Below are positions 37,137-45,228 of a DNA stretch of 45,228 nt, piece after piece. The DNA lies in the NCBI GenBank assembly GCA_027065245.1, contig JAMOOS010000152.1:1-45228 (forward strand), read 5' to 3'. Origin of the DNA: Desulfuromonadaceae bacterium (GTDB lineage: Bacteria > Desulfobacterota > Desulfuromonadia > Desulfuromonadales > Desulfuromonadaceae). The translations under genes and the position numbers were made by a program. Within the stretch, counting starts at the first letter, position 1, and every line of letters starts with the position of its first letter. Under the pieces are notes generated by a model that was given only the letters and a program-made list of their open reading frames with translations, searched no databases and was not told where the DNA came from.

Positions 37137-37871
37137 TTACGGCAGATAGCGCAACGGATTTACCGCCTTTTTGTTTTTCCACACTTCAAAGTGAAGACGA
37201 CCGTAACGACGTCCCGGCGGCGTTCCGGCATGGGCTATCGCCTGGCCGCGTTTTACATATTGTCCGCGCTTGACAACCACCGCCCGATTATAGCCGTAAA
37301 CAGTGTATAGCGATGGGTTATGCTCGACGATAACCACATAGCCGTAGCCGGTAATGCCATTACCACTGAAAATAACCTTACCGGCAGCGGCACTGCGTAC
37401 AGTGGCACCGACCCGGGCGGCGATATCTATCCCCTTGTTCATGTTGCGATTGCCCAGGTTGAATTTTTTAACCACTTTGCCCCGCAACGGCCAGCGAAAA
37501 TATCCTTTGGCCACTTTGACCGGCTTGCGTTTGTGCGCCGGAGACTTTTTGCGCCGGGGCGGGCGTTTTTTTACCTGGCGGTGAGAGATACGGCGCTTTG
37601 TTGTAACGGCTGATTTTTGCCGCCGGGCTGGGGGGACAACAGAGACGGTACGGGTGCGAGCGACTCCAGGAATATACAACTTCTGGCCAACTTTTATAGC
37701 CGCCGGATTACGGATATGATTGACAGCCGCTACCCGACTGACCGGCACCCGGTAGGTTTTACAAATGCGGTACAGTGTCTGTCCGGGCTGGACAACGTGA
37801 TATACCCCCGACGACGCACAGCCCCCGGTCAACACCACTATTATCACCAGCATCAGACAGAACAGGCGCAT
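37137..37871 (-). CDS. nlpD: NlpD-like LysM + degenerate M23 lipoprotein
   Basis: Lipobox LTGGC, LysM (YHVVQPGQTLYRI), basic linker, WPLRG, NKGIDI and RLHFEV (Zn-ligand His residues missing, as in NlpD). Lies directly after pcm. Confidence 0.8.
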   Translation of the reverse strand: MRLFCLMLVIIVVLTGGCASSGVYHVVQPGQTLYRICKTYRVPVSRVAAVNHIRNPAAIKVGQKLYIPGVARTRTVSVVPPARRQKSAVTTKRRISHRQVKKRPPRRKKSPAHKRKPVKVAKGYFRWPLRGKVVKKFNLGNRNMNKGIDIAARVGATVRSAAAGKVIFSGNGITGYGYVVIVEHNPSLYTVYGYNRAVVVKRGQYVKRGQAIAHAGTPPGRRYGRLHFEVWKNKKAVNPLRYLP

Positions 37872-37904
37872 CGGCAACCTTCAGTTATAACTTGCGTTAT
37901 TTAA

Positions 37905-38558
37905 CTACGTTCCATCTCCACGCCAGCCCCGCGCCCCTATTAGTGGAACAAATCGGCAGGCGAGAAGATCGGTTTCATTGTACTGGCCATGAGCACTGCA
38001 TTCTACCAGCTTAAGTGTCTGCCGTTCACCGCTGCCAACGGGTATCACCAGGCGACCGCCAACATCGAGTTGAGTCAGATAGTCCTGCGGCACCTCCGGC
38101 GCCCCGGCGGTAACGATAATGGCGTCAAACGGCGCCTGGTCTTTCCAGCCAAGGCTGCCATCGTCAACACGAATATGCACATTGGAGCAGTTGATACTGT
38201 CTAAAATCCGTCGCGCCCGTCTGGCCAGGGTGGCAATACGCTCAACGCTGTAGACCTGACCGGCCAGTTGCGCCAGTACCGCCGCCTGATAGCCGGAACC
38301 GGTGCCGACTTCAAGCACCCGATCGCCGCGCTGCAGGCGTAGCGCCGCCGTCATTACCGCAACGATATATGGTTGTGAAATAGTCTGCTTTTCGCCTATG
38401 GGCAAAGCGTAATCGGTATAAGCCTGAGACTGGAGTGCTTCCTCGACAAACAGGTGACGCGGCACTTGCTCCATAACCCGTATAACCGCCTCATCATCGA
38501 CTCCACGCGCGACAATATGCCTGGAAACCATGCGGCGGCGGGCTATAGAATAATCCAT
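37905..38558 (-). CDS. pcm: Protein-L-isoaspartate O-methyltransferase
   Basis: VPRHLFV, QTISQPY, VLEVGTGSGYQ, APFDAIIVTA, FVPLIG. Confidence 0.95.
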   Translation of the reverse strand: MDYSIARRRMVSRHIVARGVDDEAVIRVMEQVPRHLFVEEALQSQAYTDYALPIGEKQTISQPYIVAVMTAALRLQRGDRVLEVGTGSGYQAAVLAQLAGQVYSVERIATLARRARRILDSINCSNVHIRVDDGSLGWKDQAPFDAIIVTAGAPEVPQDYLTQLDVGGRLVIPVGSGERQTLKLVECSAHGQYNETDLLACRFVPLIGARGWRGDGT

Positions 38559-38570
38559 ATTATCCACACA

Positions 38571-38918
38571 TTAAGGTTGACCGGAAAGAAAATTGCGCAG
38601 GCGACGGATATCGCTTCTAAGCTCCAACAGCAGCGCTCTATCGTTTCTGCTGTCGGCGGCAGCGGCCTGCTTTTTGGCGTCGCGCAGAGCTTTACGCGCT
38701 CCGGCAATGGTAAATCCCTGGTTATACAGCAGGTCTTTTATAAGCAGCACCAGCTCAATATCCTTTTTCTGATACTGGCGCTGCTTTGAACGACCTTTTT
38801 GCGGTGTAAACGCCCCGAACTCGCTCTCCCAATAACGCAACACGTGCGGCTTTACCCCGGTAATGGCGGCCACCTCACCGATTTTGAAGTAGAACTTATC
38901 CGGGATTTCCACATCCAT
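38571..38918 (-). CDS. MerR family transcriptional regulator (ihfA-linked type)
   Basis: IPDKFYFKIGEVA...HVLRYWESEF...R.Y...LLY..GFTIAGAR. Confidence 0.9.
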   Translation of the reverse strand: MDVEIPDKFYFKIGEVAAITGVKPHVLRYWESEFGAFTPQKGRSKQRQYQKKDIELVLLIKDLLYNQGFTIAGARKALRDAKKQAAAADSRNDRALLLELRSDIRRLRNFLSGQP

Positions 38919-38947
38919 ATCCGTTACCGCGCGAGTGGTTACAGACG

Positions 38948-39229
38948 CTATCTCTCCCCGTTAATAGCCGATTTGAGCACCTGACTGGGCTTGAAGGTAA
39001 GAATCTTGCGGGAACTGATCTCTATCTCTTCTCCAGTCTGCGGATTGCGCCCGCGCCGACTGGCTTTGTGCTTGACGACAAAATTACCGAACCCGGCAAT
39101 CTTGATTTTTTCGCCCTGCTCAAGCGACTGCTTGATCAGTTCGAACACGCCTTCTACAATTTCGGCGGATTCTTTTTTGGAAAATCCTGTTTTAAGATAT
39201 ACGTTTTCTACAAGATCCGCCTTTGTCAT
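38948..39229 (-). CDS. ihfA: Integration host factor alpha subunit
   Basis: MTKADL...GFGNF...RGRNPQTGEEI...FKPS. Directly downstream of pheT. Confidence 0.93.
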   Translation of the reverse strand: MTKADLVENVYLKTGFSKKESAEIVEGVFELIKQSLEQGEKIKIAGFGNFVVKHKASRRGRNPQTGEEIEISSRKILTFKPSQVLKSAINGER

Positions 39230-39313
39230 ATTGCCTCCCTGACATATATATTAGCGCAATATCGCATTGATTTTTAAAGGTTTTATATCACAGCCCTTTT
39301 TTGCTCGCAACAG

Positions 39314-41719
39314 CTATCTAATTTCACCGCCCAATTTTTTGCCCAGAGCCTTGATGATTTTAGCATGCATGGCATTAATTTCTTCATCAGTTAGAGTCTT
39401 GTCCAGTGAGCGATAGCGCACCCGCACTGCAATACTTTTTTTGCCGACGGGAATCCCTTTGCCGCTATACAAGTCGAACAGGGTAACATCTTCCAGATTT
39501 TTGATCTTTACCTTGCGAATCACCTCCAGCACCTGTTGGGCGTGAATCTTGTCATCAAACAGCAAGGCGCTGTCACGATAACAATCAGGAAAACGGGAGA
39601 TGGGGCTGAAGGTCTTGGTGCCCAGTTCGCCACGGCGCAGCGCCTCTACATCCAGTTCCAGAAGGTAGACCGGCTGGTCGATATCGTAGTTTTCCTGCAC
39701 CGCTGGATGCAGCTCGCCCATTACCCCGGCCAACTGTTTGCCCAGATAGATACGGCACGATTTACCTGGATGGAGATACCCTTCACCGGCGTCAGCCTCG
39801 CAGCGCAACTCGCACAGATGCAACTGTTCGCAGACACTTTCCAGCGCCCCTTTGAGATCAAAAAAGTCAACGGGTGAGCTATCCTGCGCCCAGCCCTCAC
39901 TCTCGCGCCGTCCGCTTACCGCGGCGCACAGATGCAGCGACTCCTCCGGCAACACTCCCTGCGTTACTTTAAATACCGGGCGCAACTCAAACAGACGCAG
40001 ATCAAAGCTGCGATAGGCGTGATTGCGCGCCACCGTTTCCAGCATGCTCGGCACCAGGGTGGTACGCATTACCGACTGCTCTTCGGTGAGGGGGTTAAGT
40101 ATTTTGACATTGCTGCGGCGCGGATCGTCCTGCGCCAGGGCGATTTTATCCCACGCCGTCGGCGAGATAAACGAATAGTTGATAATCTCACGGAACCCCT
40201 GCCCCACCATGCCGTCACGCAGGGCGCGGGCAAACAGCTGCGCTTCATCCTTTATCCGCCGCACCACCCGGCTTACCGGCATGGTCACGGCGATATTGTC
40301 GTAACCGTTAAGACGGGCGATCTCCTCAATCAGATCGACTTCGCGCTCCAGATCGTGGCGTGCCATGGGGATAACAGCGGTCAGAGTATCATCAGCAACG
40401 CTGTCTACCTGCACATCTATCCCCTCCAGCAGCTGCGCCATCTGCACAGCGCTCAGGTCAAGCCCCAGCAGCGCATTGCAGTTATCCCGCCGCATGGTTA
40501 TCTGCCGCCGCGGCAGCGGTTCAGGGTAGACATCAATAGTACCGGCGGCCACTTCACCGCCAGCCAACTGCTGAATCAGCGCCGTGGCGCGCTGCAGTGC
40601 CTGCGGCACCATATCCACATCGGCACCGCGCTCAAAACGGTGAGATGCTTCACTGTGAATACCCAGGCGCTTGCTGGTACGGCGAATGGTAACGGGATCG
40701 AAGTAGGCACTTTCCAGCAGAATATCAACAGTATCGTCCTGTACTTCGGAATTCTCTCCCCCCATGATACCGGCCAGCGCCACCGGCCCTTCGGCATCGC
40801 AGATAACCACATCAGCAGCGGCCAGTTTGCGCACTTGCCCATCGAGAGTGGTGAACTCACTGCCGTCAACCGCACGTTTAACGACAATGCGGCCACCGCG
40901 CAGCCGATTGAAATCAAAGGCATGCAGCGGATGACCCAGCTCCATGAGCAAAAAGTTGGTAACGTCGACTACGTTGTTGATGGAACGCAGCCCCAGCGAC
41001 TCCAGCCGCCGCACCAACCACTCGGGCGACGCGGCAATCTTGACACCCTTGATGAGGCGCGCCATGTAACGCGGGCAGCCGTCGCGATCTTCAATGGTTA
41101 CCGATGTTTGCGTATCTACTGCCACACCACCTTCACTCACGGGCGGGTTCTGCGGCATACGCACCTTGCTGCCGACAATGGCGCCAACTTCACGAGCGAT
41201 ACCCACCACGCTCAGGCAGTCGGCACGGTTAGGGGTAAGACCGATCTCGTAGCGCACGTCTTTTAGCCCCAGCGCCTCAAACACCGGCATTCCCAGGGAC
41301 AGCCCAGTCGGCAGAATCATGATGCCGTCCGACTCTTCCGCCAGCCCCAACTCCACCTCGGAACACAGCATGCCGCGCGACTGTTCGCCGCGAATTTTCG
41401 ACTTTTTGATCTTGAAATCACCCGGCAGCACCGAACCGACCTGCGCCAGCGCCACCAGATCACCGCTTTTATGATTTTTAGCACCGCACACCACCTGGAT
41501 AACTTCGCCGCCGGTGTTGACCTGACAGACGGTGAGACGATCGGCACCGGGATGGGGTTCGACACTCTCAAGGCGGGCGACAATAACAGAATCAAGCCCG
41601 CCGCCGAGTTCTTCCATGTAGTCAACTTCCAGACCGGCCATGGTTAAACGGTGGGAAAGTTGCTGCGGCGTCAAATCAAAGTCGACATATTCCTTCAACC
41701 AGTTGTAGGTTACAATCAT
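39314..41719 (-). CDS. pheT: Phenylalanine--tRNA ligase beta subunit
   Basis: 801 aa with CGAKN, GMLCS, LTPNRADCLS, RFERG, DLIEEIAR and a C-terminal FDX-ACB domain. Confidence 0.98.
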   Translation of the reverse strand: MIVTYNWLKEYVDFDLTPQQLSHRLTMAGLEVDYMEELGGGLDSVIVARLESVEPHPGADRLTVCQVNTGGEVIQVVCGAKNHKSGDLVALAQVGSVLPGDFKIKKSKIRGEQSRGMLCSEVELGLAEESDGIMILPTGLSLGMPVFEALGLKDVRYEIGLTPNRADCLSVVGIAREVGAIVGSKVRMPQNPPVSEGGVAVDTQTSVTIEDRDGCPRYMARLIKGVKIAASPEWLVRRLESLGLRSINNVVDVTNFLLMELGHPLHAFDFNRLRGGRIVVKRAVDGSEFTTLDGQVRKLAAADVVICDAEGPVALAGIMGGENSEVQDDTVDILLESAYFDPVTIRRTSKRLGIHSEASHRFERGADVDMVPQALQRATALIQQLAGGEVAAGTIDVYPEPLPRRQITMRRDNCNALLGLDLSAVQMAQLLEGIDVQVDSVADDTLTAVIPMARHDLEREVDLIEEIARLNGYDNIAVTMPVSRVVRRIKDEAQLFARALRDGMVGQGFREIINYSFISPTAWDKIALAQDDPRRSNVKILNPLTEEQSVMRTTLVPSMLETVARNHAYRSFDLRLFELRPVFKVTQGVLPEESLHLCAAVSGRRESEGWAQDSSPVDFFDLKGALESVCEQLHLCELRCEADAGEGYLHPGKSCRIYLGKQLAGVMGELHPAVQENYDIDQPVYLLELDVEALRRGELGTKTFSPISRFPDCYRDSALLFDDKIHAQQVLEVIRKVKIKNLEDVTLFDLYSGKGIPVGKKSIAVRVRYRSLDKTLTDEEINAMHAKIIKALGKKLGGEIR

Positions 41720-41789
41720 TACTGTTGTTCCTTATATGTTGCGCGGCGCTATATGCAGCCGCCATAGCAGTTAGGTTGGGCGGTATCGA

Positions 41790-42806
41790 TTAAAACTGGC
41801 GCAAGAAGCGGACATCGTTCTCAAAGAACAGACGCAAATCGTTGACACCGTACTTGAGCATGGCAATACGCTCCAAGCCCATACCAAAGGCGAAGCCACT
41901 GTATTTACTGCTGTCGTACTCCACCGATTTAAACACTTCCGGGTCGATCATACCACTGCCAAGAATCTCCAGCCAGCCGGAGTTCTTACACACCCGGCAG
42001 CCCTTGCCACCACAGATAACACACTGGATATCCACCTCGGCGCTCGGCTCGGTAAACGGAAAAAACGACGGTCGGAAGCGCACCGCCACTTTGGTGCCAA
42101 AACATTCGTGGATAAAGGTGGTAAGAATCCCCTTCAAATCGCCGAAGGTGATGTTTTCATCCACCATGAAACCCTCTATCTGATGAAACATGGGGCTGTG
42201 AGTAATGTCGGAATCACGCCGGTAAACAGTGCCTGGAGCGATAATGCGCAGCGGCGGCCGGTGCTTGAGCATGGTGCGAATCTGCACCGGTGAGGTGTGG
42301 GTGCGCAGCACTACGTCGTCGTTGATGTAGAAGGTATCCTGCATGTCACGCGCCGGGTGGTCCCTAGGGATATTAAGTGCCTCAAAATTGTAGAAATCCT
42401 GCTCTACTTCCGGGCCTTCAGCGACACAGAATCCCAATGCCGAAAAAATATCTATCAGCTCTTCGGTGATAAGGGTAACCGGATGCTTACTGCCGCTGAC
42501 GCCACGCCGTCCCGGTAGAGTCACGTCAATCGACTCGTGCTCCAGACGGCGGCTGAGCTCCTGCTGTTTAACCCGCTGCAGGTGCTGATCAAACAGCTGA
42601 CCAAGTTGCTCCTTCACCCGATTGGCCAACGCACCAATGGTCGGCCGCTCGTCACTGCTCAAAGCGCCCATCCCCTTCATGATGGTGGTCAACTGCCCTT
42701 TCTTCCCCAAATAGCGTACCCTGATTTCCTGCAGTGCCGCCTCATCTGCAACTTCGGTAACCGCCGCTTTGGCGGCAGCTAACATCTCTTCCAGTTTCTG
42801 TTTCAT
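41790..42806 (-). CDS. pheS: Phenylalanine--tRNA ligase alpha subunit
   Basis: [42 protein letters not shown]. Start set at ATG 42806. Confidence 0.98.
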   Translation of the reverse strand: MKQKLEEMLAAAKAAVTEVADEAALQEIRVRYLGKKGQLTTIMKGMGALSSDERPTIGALANRVKEQLGQLFDQHLQRVKQQELSRRLEHESIDVTLPGRRGVSGSKHPVTLITEELIDIFSALGFCVAEGPEVEQDFYNFEALNIPRDHPARDMQDTFYINDDVVLRTHTSPVQIRTMLKHRPPLRIIAPGTVYRRDSDITHSPMFHQIEGFMVDENITFGDLKGILTTFIHECFGTKVAVRFRPSFFPFTEPSAEVDIQCVICGGKGCRVCKNSGWLEILGSGMIDPEVFKSVEYDSSKYSGFAFGMGLERIAMLKYGVNDLRLFFENDVRFLRQF

Positions 42807-42937
42807 ATCCACGTCAAATGCTCCCGGCAACCGCAACGTCTGCACAAGTCCAGCACCGGTTTATTAACCGGCCAGGCAACTGCCACGGGCTATAACCAAA
42901 TAATGGAAGCCCGCAGGCTTCCATTAGCTGTCTTTAC

Positions 42938-42972
42938 AAAAAAGAGACAACCGCTCAGCGCAGTTGTCTCTC
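42938..42972 (-). terminator. Terminator after rplT
   Basis: Minus strand gagacaactgcgctgagcggttgtctc followed by tttttt. Confidence 0.75.
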
Positions 42973-42989
42973 GTTAGTTTTTCTGTGTA

Positions 42990-43346
42990 TTACTGCAACT
43001 GGGCTTTGGCTTTTTCTACCACGACACCAAATGCCTCCGGGTCGCTGACAGCAATCTGCGCCAGAATCTTGCGATCCAGGGCAATATCGGCCTGCTTCAG
43101 ACCGTACACCAGACGGCTGTAGCTAAGACCATTAAGGCGCGCTGCCGCATTGATACGCGCAATCCACAACGCACGAAAATCACGTTTTTTAACCCGACGG
43201 TCGCGGTAGGCGTAATTAAGGGCCCGATCGACGGCTTCGGTAGCACTGCGAAACAACTTGCTGCGCGCACCGCGATAGCCTTTGGCCAGTTTAAGAACCT
43301 TGTTACGTCTACGTCTCGCTTTGAAACCTCTCTTAACTCTCGGCAT
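42990..43346 (-). CDS. rplT: 50S ribosomal protein L20
   Basis: MPRVKRG...AKGYRG...AYRDRR.KKRDFR.LWI.RINAA. Confidence 0.98.
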   Translation of the reverse strand: MPRVKRGFKARRRRNKVLKLAKGYRGARSKLFRSATEAVDRALNYAYRDRRVKKRDFRALWIARINAAARLNGLSYSRLVYGLKQADIALDRKILAQIAVSDPEAFGVVVEKAKAQLQ

Positions 43347-43458
43347 TTCCTGCTCCTTACATCAGTTGAAATTGATTGGCACCAGCGCCAATGCCGGATC
43401 TACAGGGGGAGACAAATAATTCCCCGCAGTTCACGGACTTAAAGCCGAGTTGCCCGCC

Positions 43459-43656
43459 TTACTTGTAAGGGATAAGGCAACCGATATTCTTGTGATCAAC
43501 AGCGGCAACGGTGGTGCCTTTACGCAGATCACGCTTACGCTTGGTACTTTTTTTGGTCAAAATATGGCTGGTAAAAGCCTTGTTACGCCGTATTTTGCCG
43601 GTACCAGTCTTGCGAAAACGCTTGGCGGCACCACGATTGGTTTTAATCTTGGGCAT
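43459..43656 (-). CDS. rpmI: 50S ribosomal protein L35
   Basis: [21 protein letters not shown]...HILTKK. Confidence 0.98.
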   Translation of the reverse strand: MPKIKTNRGAAKRFRKTGTGKIRRNKAFTSHILTKKSTKRKRDLRKGTTVAAVDHKNIGCLIPYK

Positions 43657-43717
43657 TCCCCATCTCCTTTTATACTTATTTGCTCACTACTGCCACAGTG
43701 GGCAGCTATCTTGAAAA

Positions 43718-44233
43718 CTATTTTTTCACCGGCGCCAGTACCATGTGCATGAACCGCCCCTGCATGCTGGGGAAAAACTCGACACTGCCCAGCTCGGCCA
43801 CTTCATCCGCCACCCGCTTGAGCAATTCACGCCCGAACTCCGGGTGAGTAACCTCGCGGCCACGAAACATCACCGTAACCTTGACCTTGTTACCGGCCTC
43901 AAGAAAACGGCGTACGTTCTTAACTTTCACGTTAAAATCGTGAATCTCGGTTTTTGGCCGCAGCTTGACCTCTTTCAGTTCCACCCGAGCGGTTTTCTTC
44001 TTGGCCTCGGCGGCACGCTTCTGCTGCTGGTACTTGAACTTGCCGTAATCCATTATGCGACACACCGGCGGCTTGGCGGAAGGAGATACCTCCACCAGAT
44101 CCAGACCACGTTCAGACGCGGCCTCCAGCGCCTCATTCAACGGCATGACACCCAGCTGCTCACCTGCATCGTCGACAACCCTAACCTCTTTGGCCCTGAT
44201 TGCACGATTTATGTTCGTTTCCTGCTTAGCTAT
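43718..44233 (-). CDS. infC: Translation initiation factor IF-3 (non-canonical ATA start)
   Basis: The IF3 frame extends 29 codons above the tracked ATG (AKQETNINRAIRAKEVRVVD) to ATA at 44233-44231, 7 nt after AGGAGG. Motifs LDLVEVSP, PPVCRIMDYGKFKY, FRGRE. Confidence 0.95.
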   Translation of the reverse strand: MAKQETNINRAIRAKEVRVVDDAGEQLGVMPLNEALEAASERGLDLVEVSPSAKPPVCRIMDYGKFKYQQQKRAAEAKKKTARVELKEVKLRPKTEIHDFNVKVKNVRRFLEAGNKVKVTVMFRGREVTHPEFGRELLKRVADEVAELGSVEFFPSMQGRFMHMVLAPVKK

Positions 44234-44244
44234 GGGACTACCTC

Positions 44245-45228
44245 CTAGTTATATTGTGCGCTCTCACTGCGAACAAATTCGCTGAACTGCTCCACCGTCA
44301 TCGGCTCAAGATTCTCGCCGCTGCGATGCCGCGGTGTAACGGTACCGGCCTCCATCTCCTTATCGCCGATAACCAGCATATACGGTATCTTCCGCATCTG
44401 CGCCTCACGGATTTTAAAGCCCAGTTTCTCATTGCGCAGATCAGATTTCACCCGGATTCCGGCAGCAAGCAACTGTGCACTCACACCCTTGGCATAATCG
44501 AGCTGGTTATCGGTAACATTGATAACCATCGCCTGTACCGGTGCCAGCCACAGCGGAAAATTACCGGCATAATGTTCGATAAGAATACCGATAAAACGCT
44601 CAATCGACCCCAGGATAACCCGGTGCAGCATAATTGGACGGTGTTTTTCACCATCCGCGCCCACATAGGTGAGGTCAAAACGCTCAGGCAGGGTAAAATC
44701 GCACTGGATAGTAGCACACTGCCATTGTCTGTCAAGGGCGTCCATTAACTTAATGTCAATTTTGGGACCGTAAAAAGCGCCATCGCCTTCGTTAATATCG
44801 TATTTTCGTCCGCTGCTCTTCAAAGCGTTCAGCAACGCCTGCGTCGCCTTATCCCAATCGGCATCGCTGCCAATGGATTTTTCCGGCCGGGTAGACAACT
44901 CCATCTCGTACTCAAAACCGAAAATGTCCATCACGTCACCGATAAAGGTGAGTACGTTGTTGATTTCGTCGTCAAGCTGCTCCGGCGTACACAGAATATG
45001 GGCATCGTCCTGAGTGAAGCCGCGCACCCGCGTCAAACCATGCAGCACACCTGATTTTTCGTGACGATGCACAGTACCGAGCTCAAAATAACGCACCGGC
45101 AAATCGCGGTAGGAACGCAGCTGGCTTTTGTAGATAAGCATGTGCGCCAGGCAGTTCATTGGTTTGATACCGAACCCCTGCCCCTCCACCTCGGTAAAAT
45201 ACATGTTTTCGCGGTAATTGTCGTAGTG
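44245..45228 (-). CDS. thrS: Threonine--tRNA ligase (5' part outside window)
   Basis: [52 protein letters not shown]. Confidence 0.98.
   Translation of the reverse strand, partial: HYDNYRENMYFTEVEGQGFGIKPMNCLAHMLIYKSQLRSYRDLPVRYFELGTVHRHEKSGVLHGLTRVRGFTQDDAHILCTPEQLDDEINNVLTFIGDVMDIFGFEYEMELSTRPEKSIGSDADWDKATQALLNALKSSGRKYDINEGDGAFYGPKIDIKLMDALDRQWQCATIQCDFTLPERFDLTYVGADGEKHRPIMLHRVILGSIERFIGILIEHYAGNFPLWLAPVQAMVINVTDNQLDYAKGVSAQLLAAGIRVKSDLRNEKLGFKIREAQMRKIPYMLVIGDKEMEAGTVTPRHRSGENLEPMTVEQFSEFVRSESAQYN

Noticed and set aside
39255-39280. IHF-like site (AATCAA) upstream of ihfA
   Set aside because: It lacks the TTR part of WATCAANNNNTTR, which is too weak to call.
42815-42925. 36-codon minus-strand ORF upstream of pheS as a pheM-like leader peptide
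   Set aside because: It contains a single Phe codon and has no RBS, so it does not fit a Phe attenuator.

Overview
Bacterial chromosomal window, most consistent with a Desulfuromonadales/Geobacterales-type deltaproteobacterium (inferred from gene order and protein style). The right half (27-45 kb) is housekeeping: thrS-infC-rpmI-rplT-pheS-pheT-ihfA-merR-pcm-nlpD-tRNA-Gly(GCC), a class II ribonucleotide reductase (nrdJ) with an NrdR box, and a cysteine desulfurase-PhoH2-tsaD-DUF2062-rsmA-parvulin-tRNA nucleotidyltransferase-tRNA-Gly(CCC) cluster. The left half is dominated by one intact 21.3-kb ORF (7113 aa) encoding a giant type V autotransporter. Its passenger has about 80 'QSIGGGGG' polyglycine repeats followed by shorter glycine-poorer repeats. 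The repeats fall into three zones (~52, ~65 and ~31 aa units) and show higher-order 390-nt and 744-nt duplications. Next to it are an AEC transporter and a probably leaderless BrnT/BrnA toxin-antitoxin pair. A 161-bp palindromic MITE-like element occurs once complete and twice as fragments, each time beside a terminator between convergent genes. All calls come from reading the sequence; no database searches were run.
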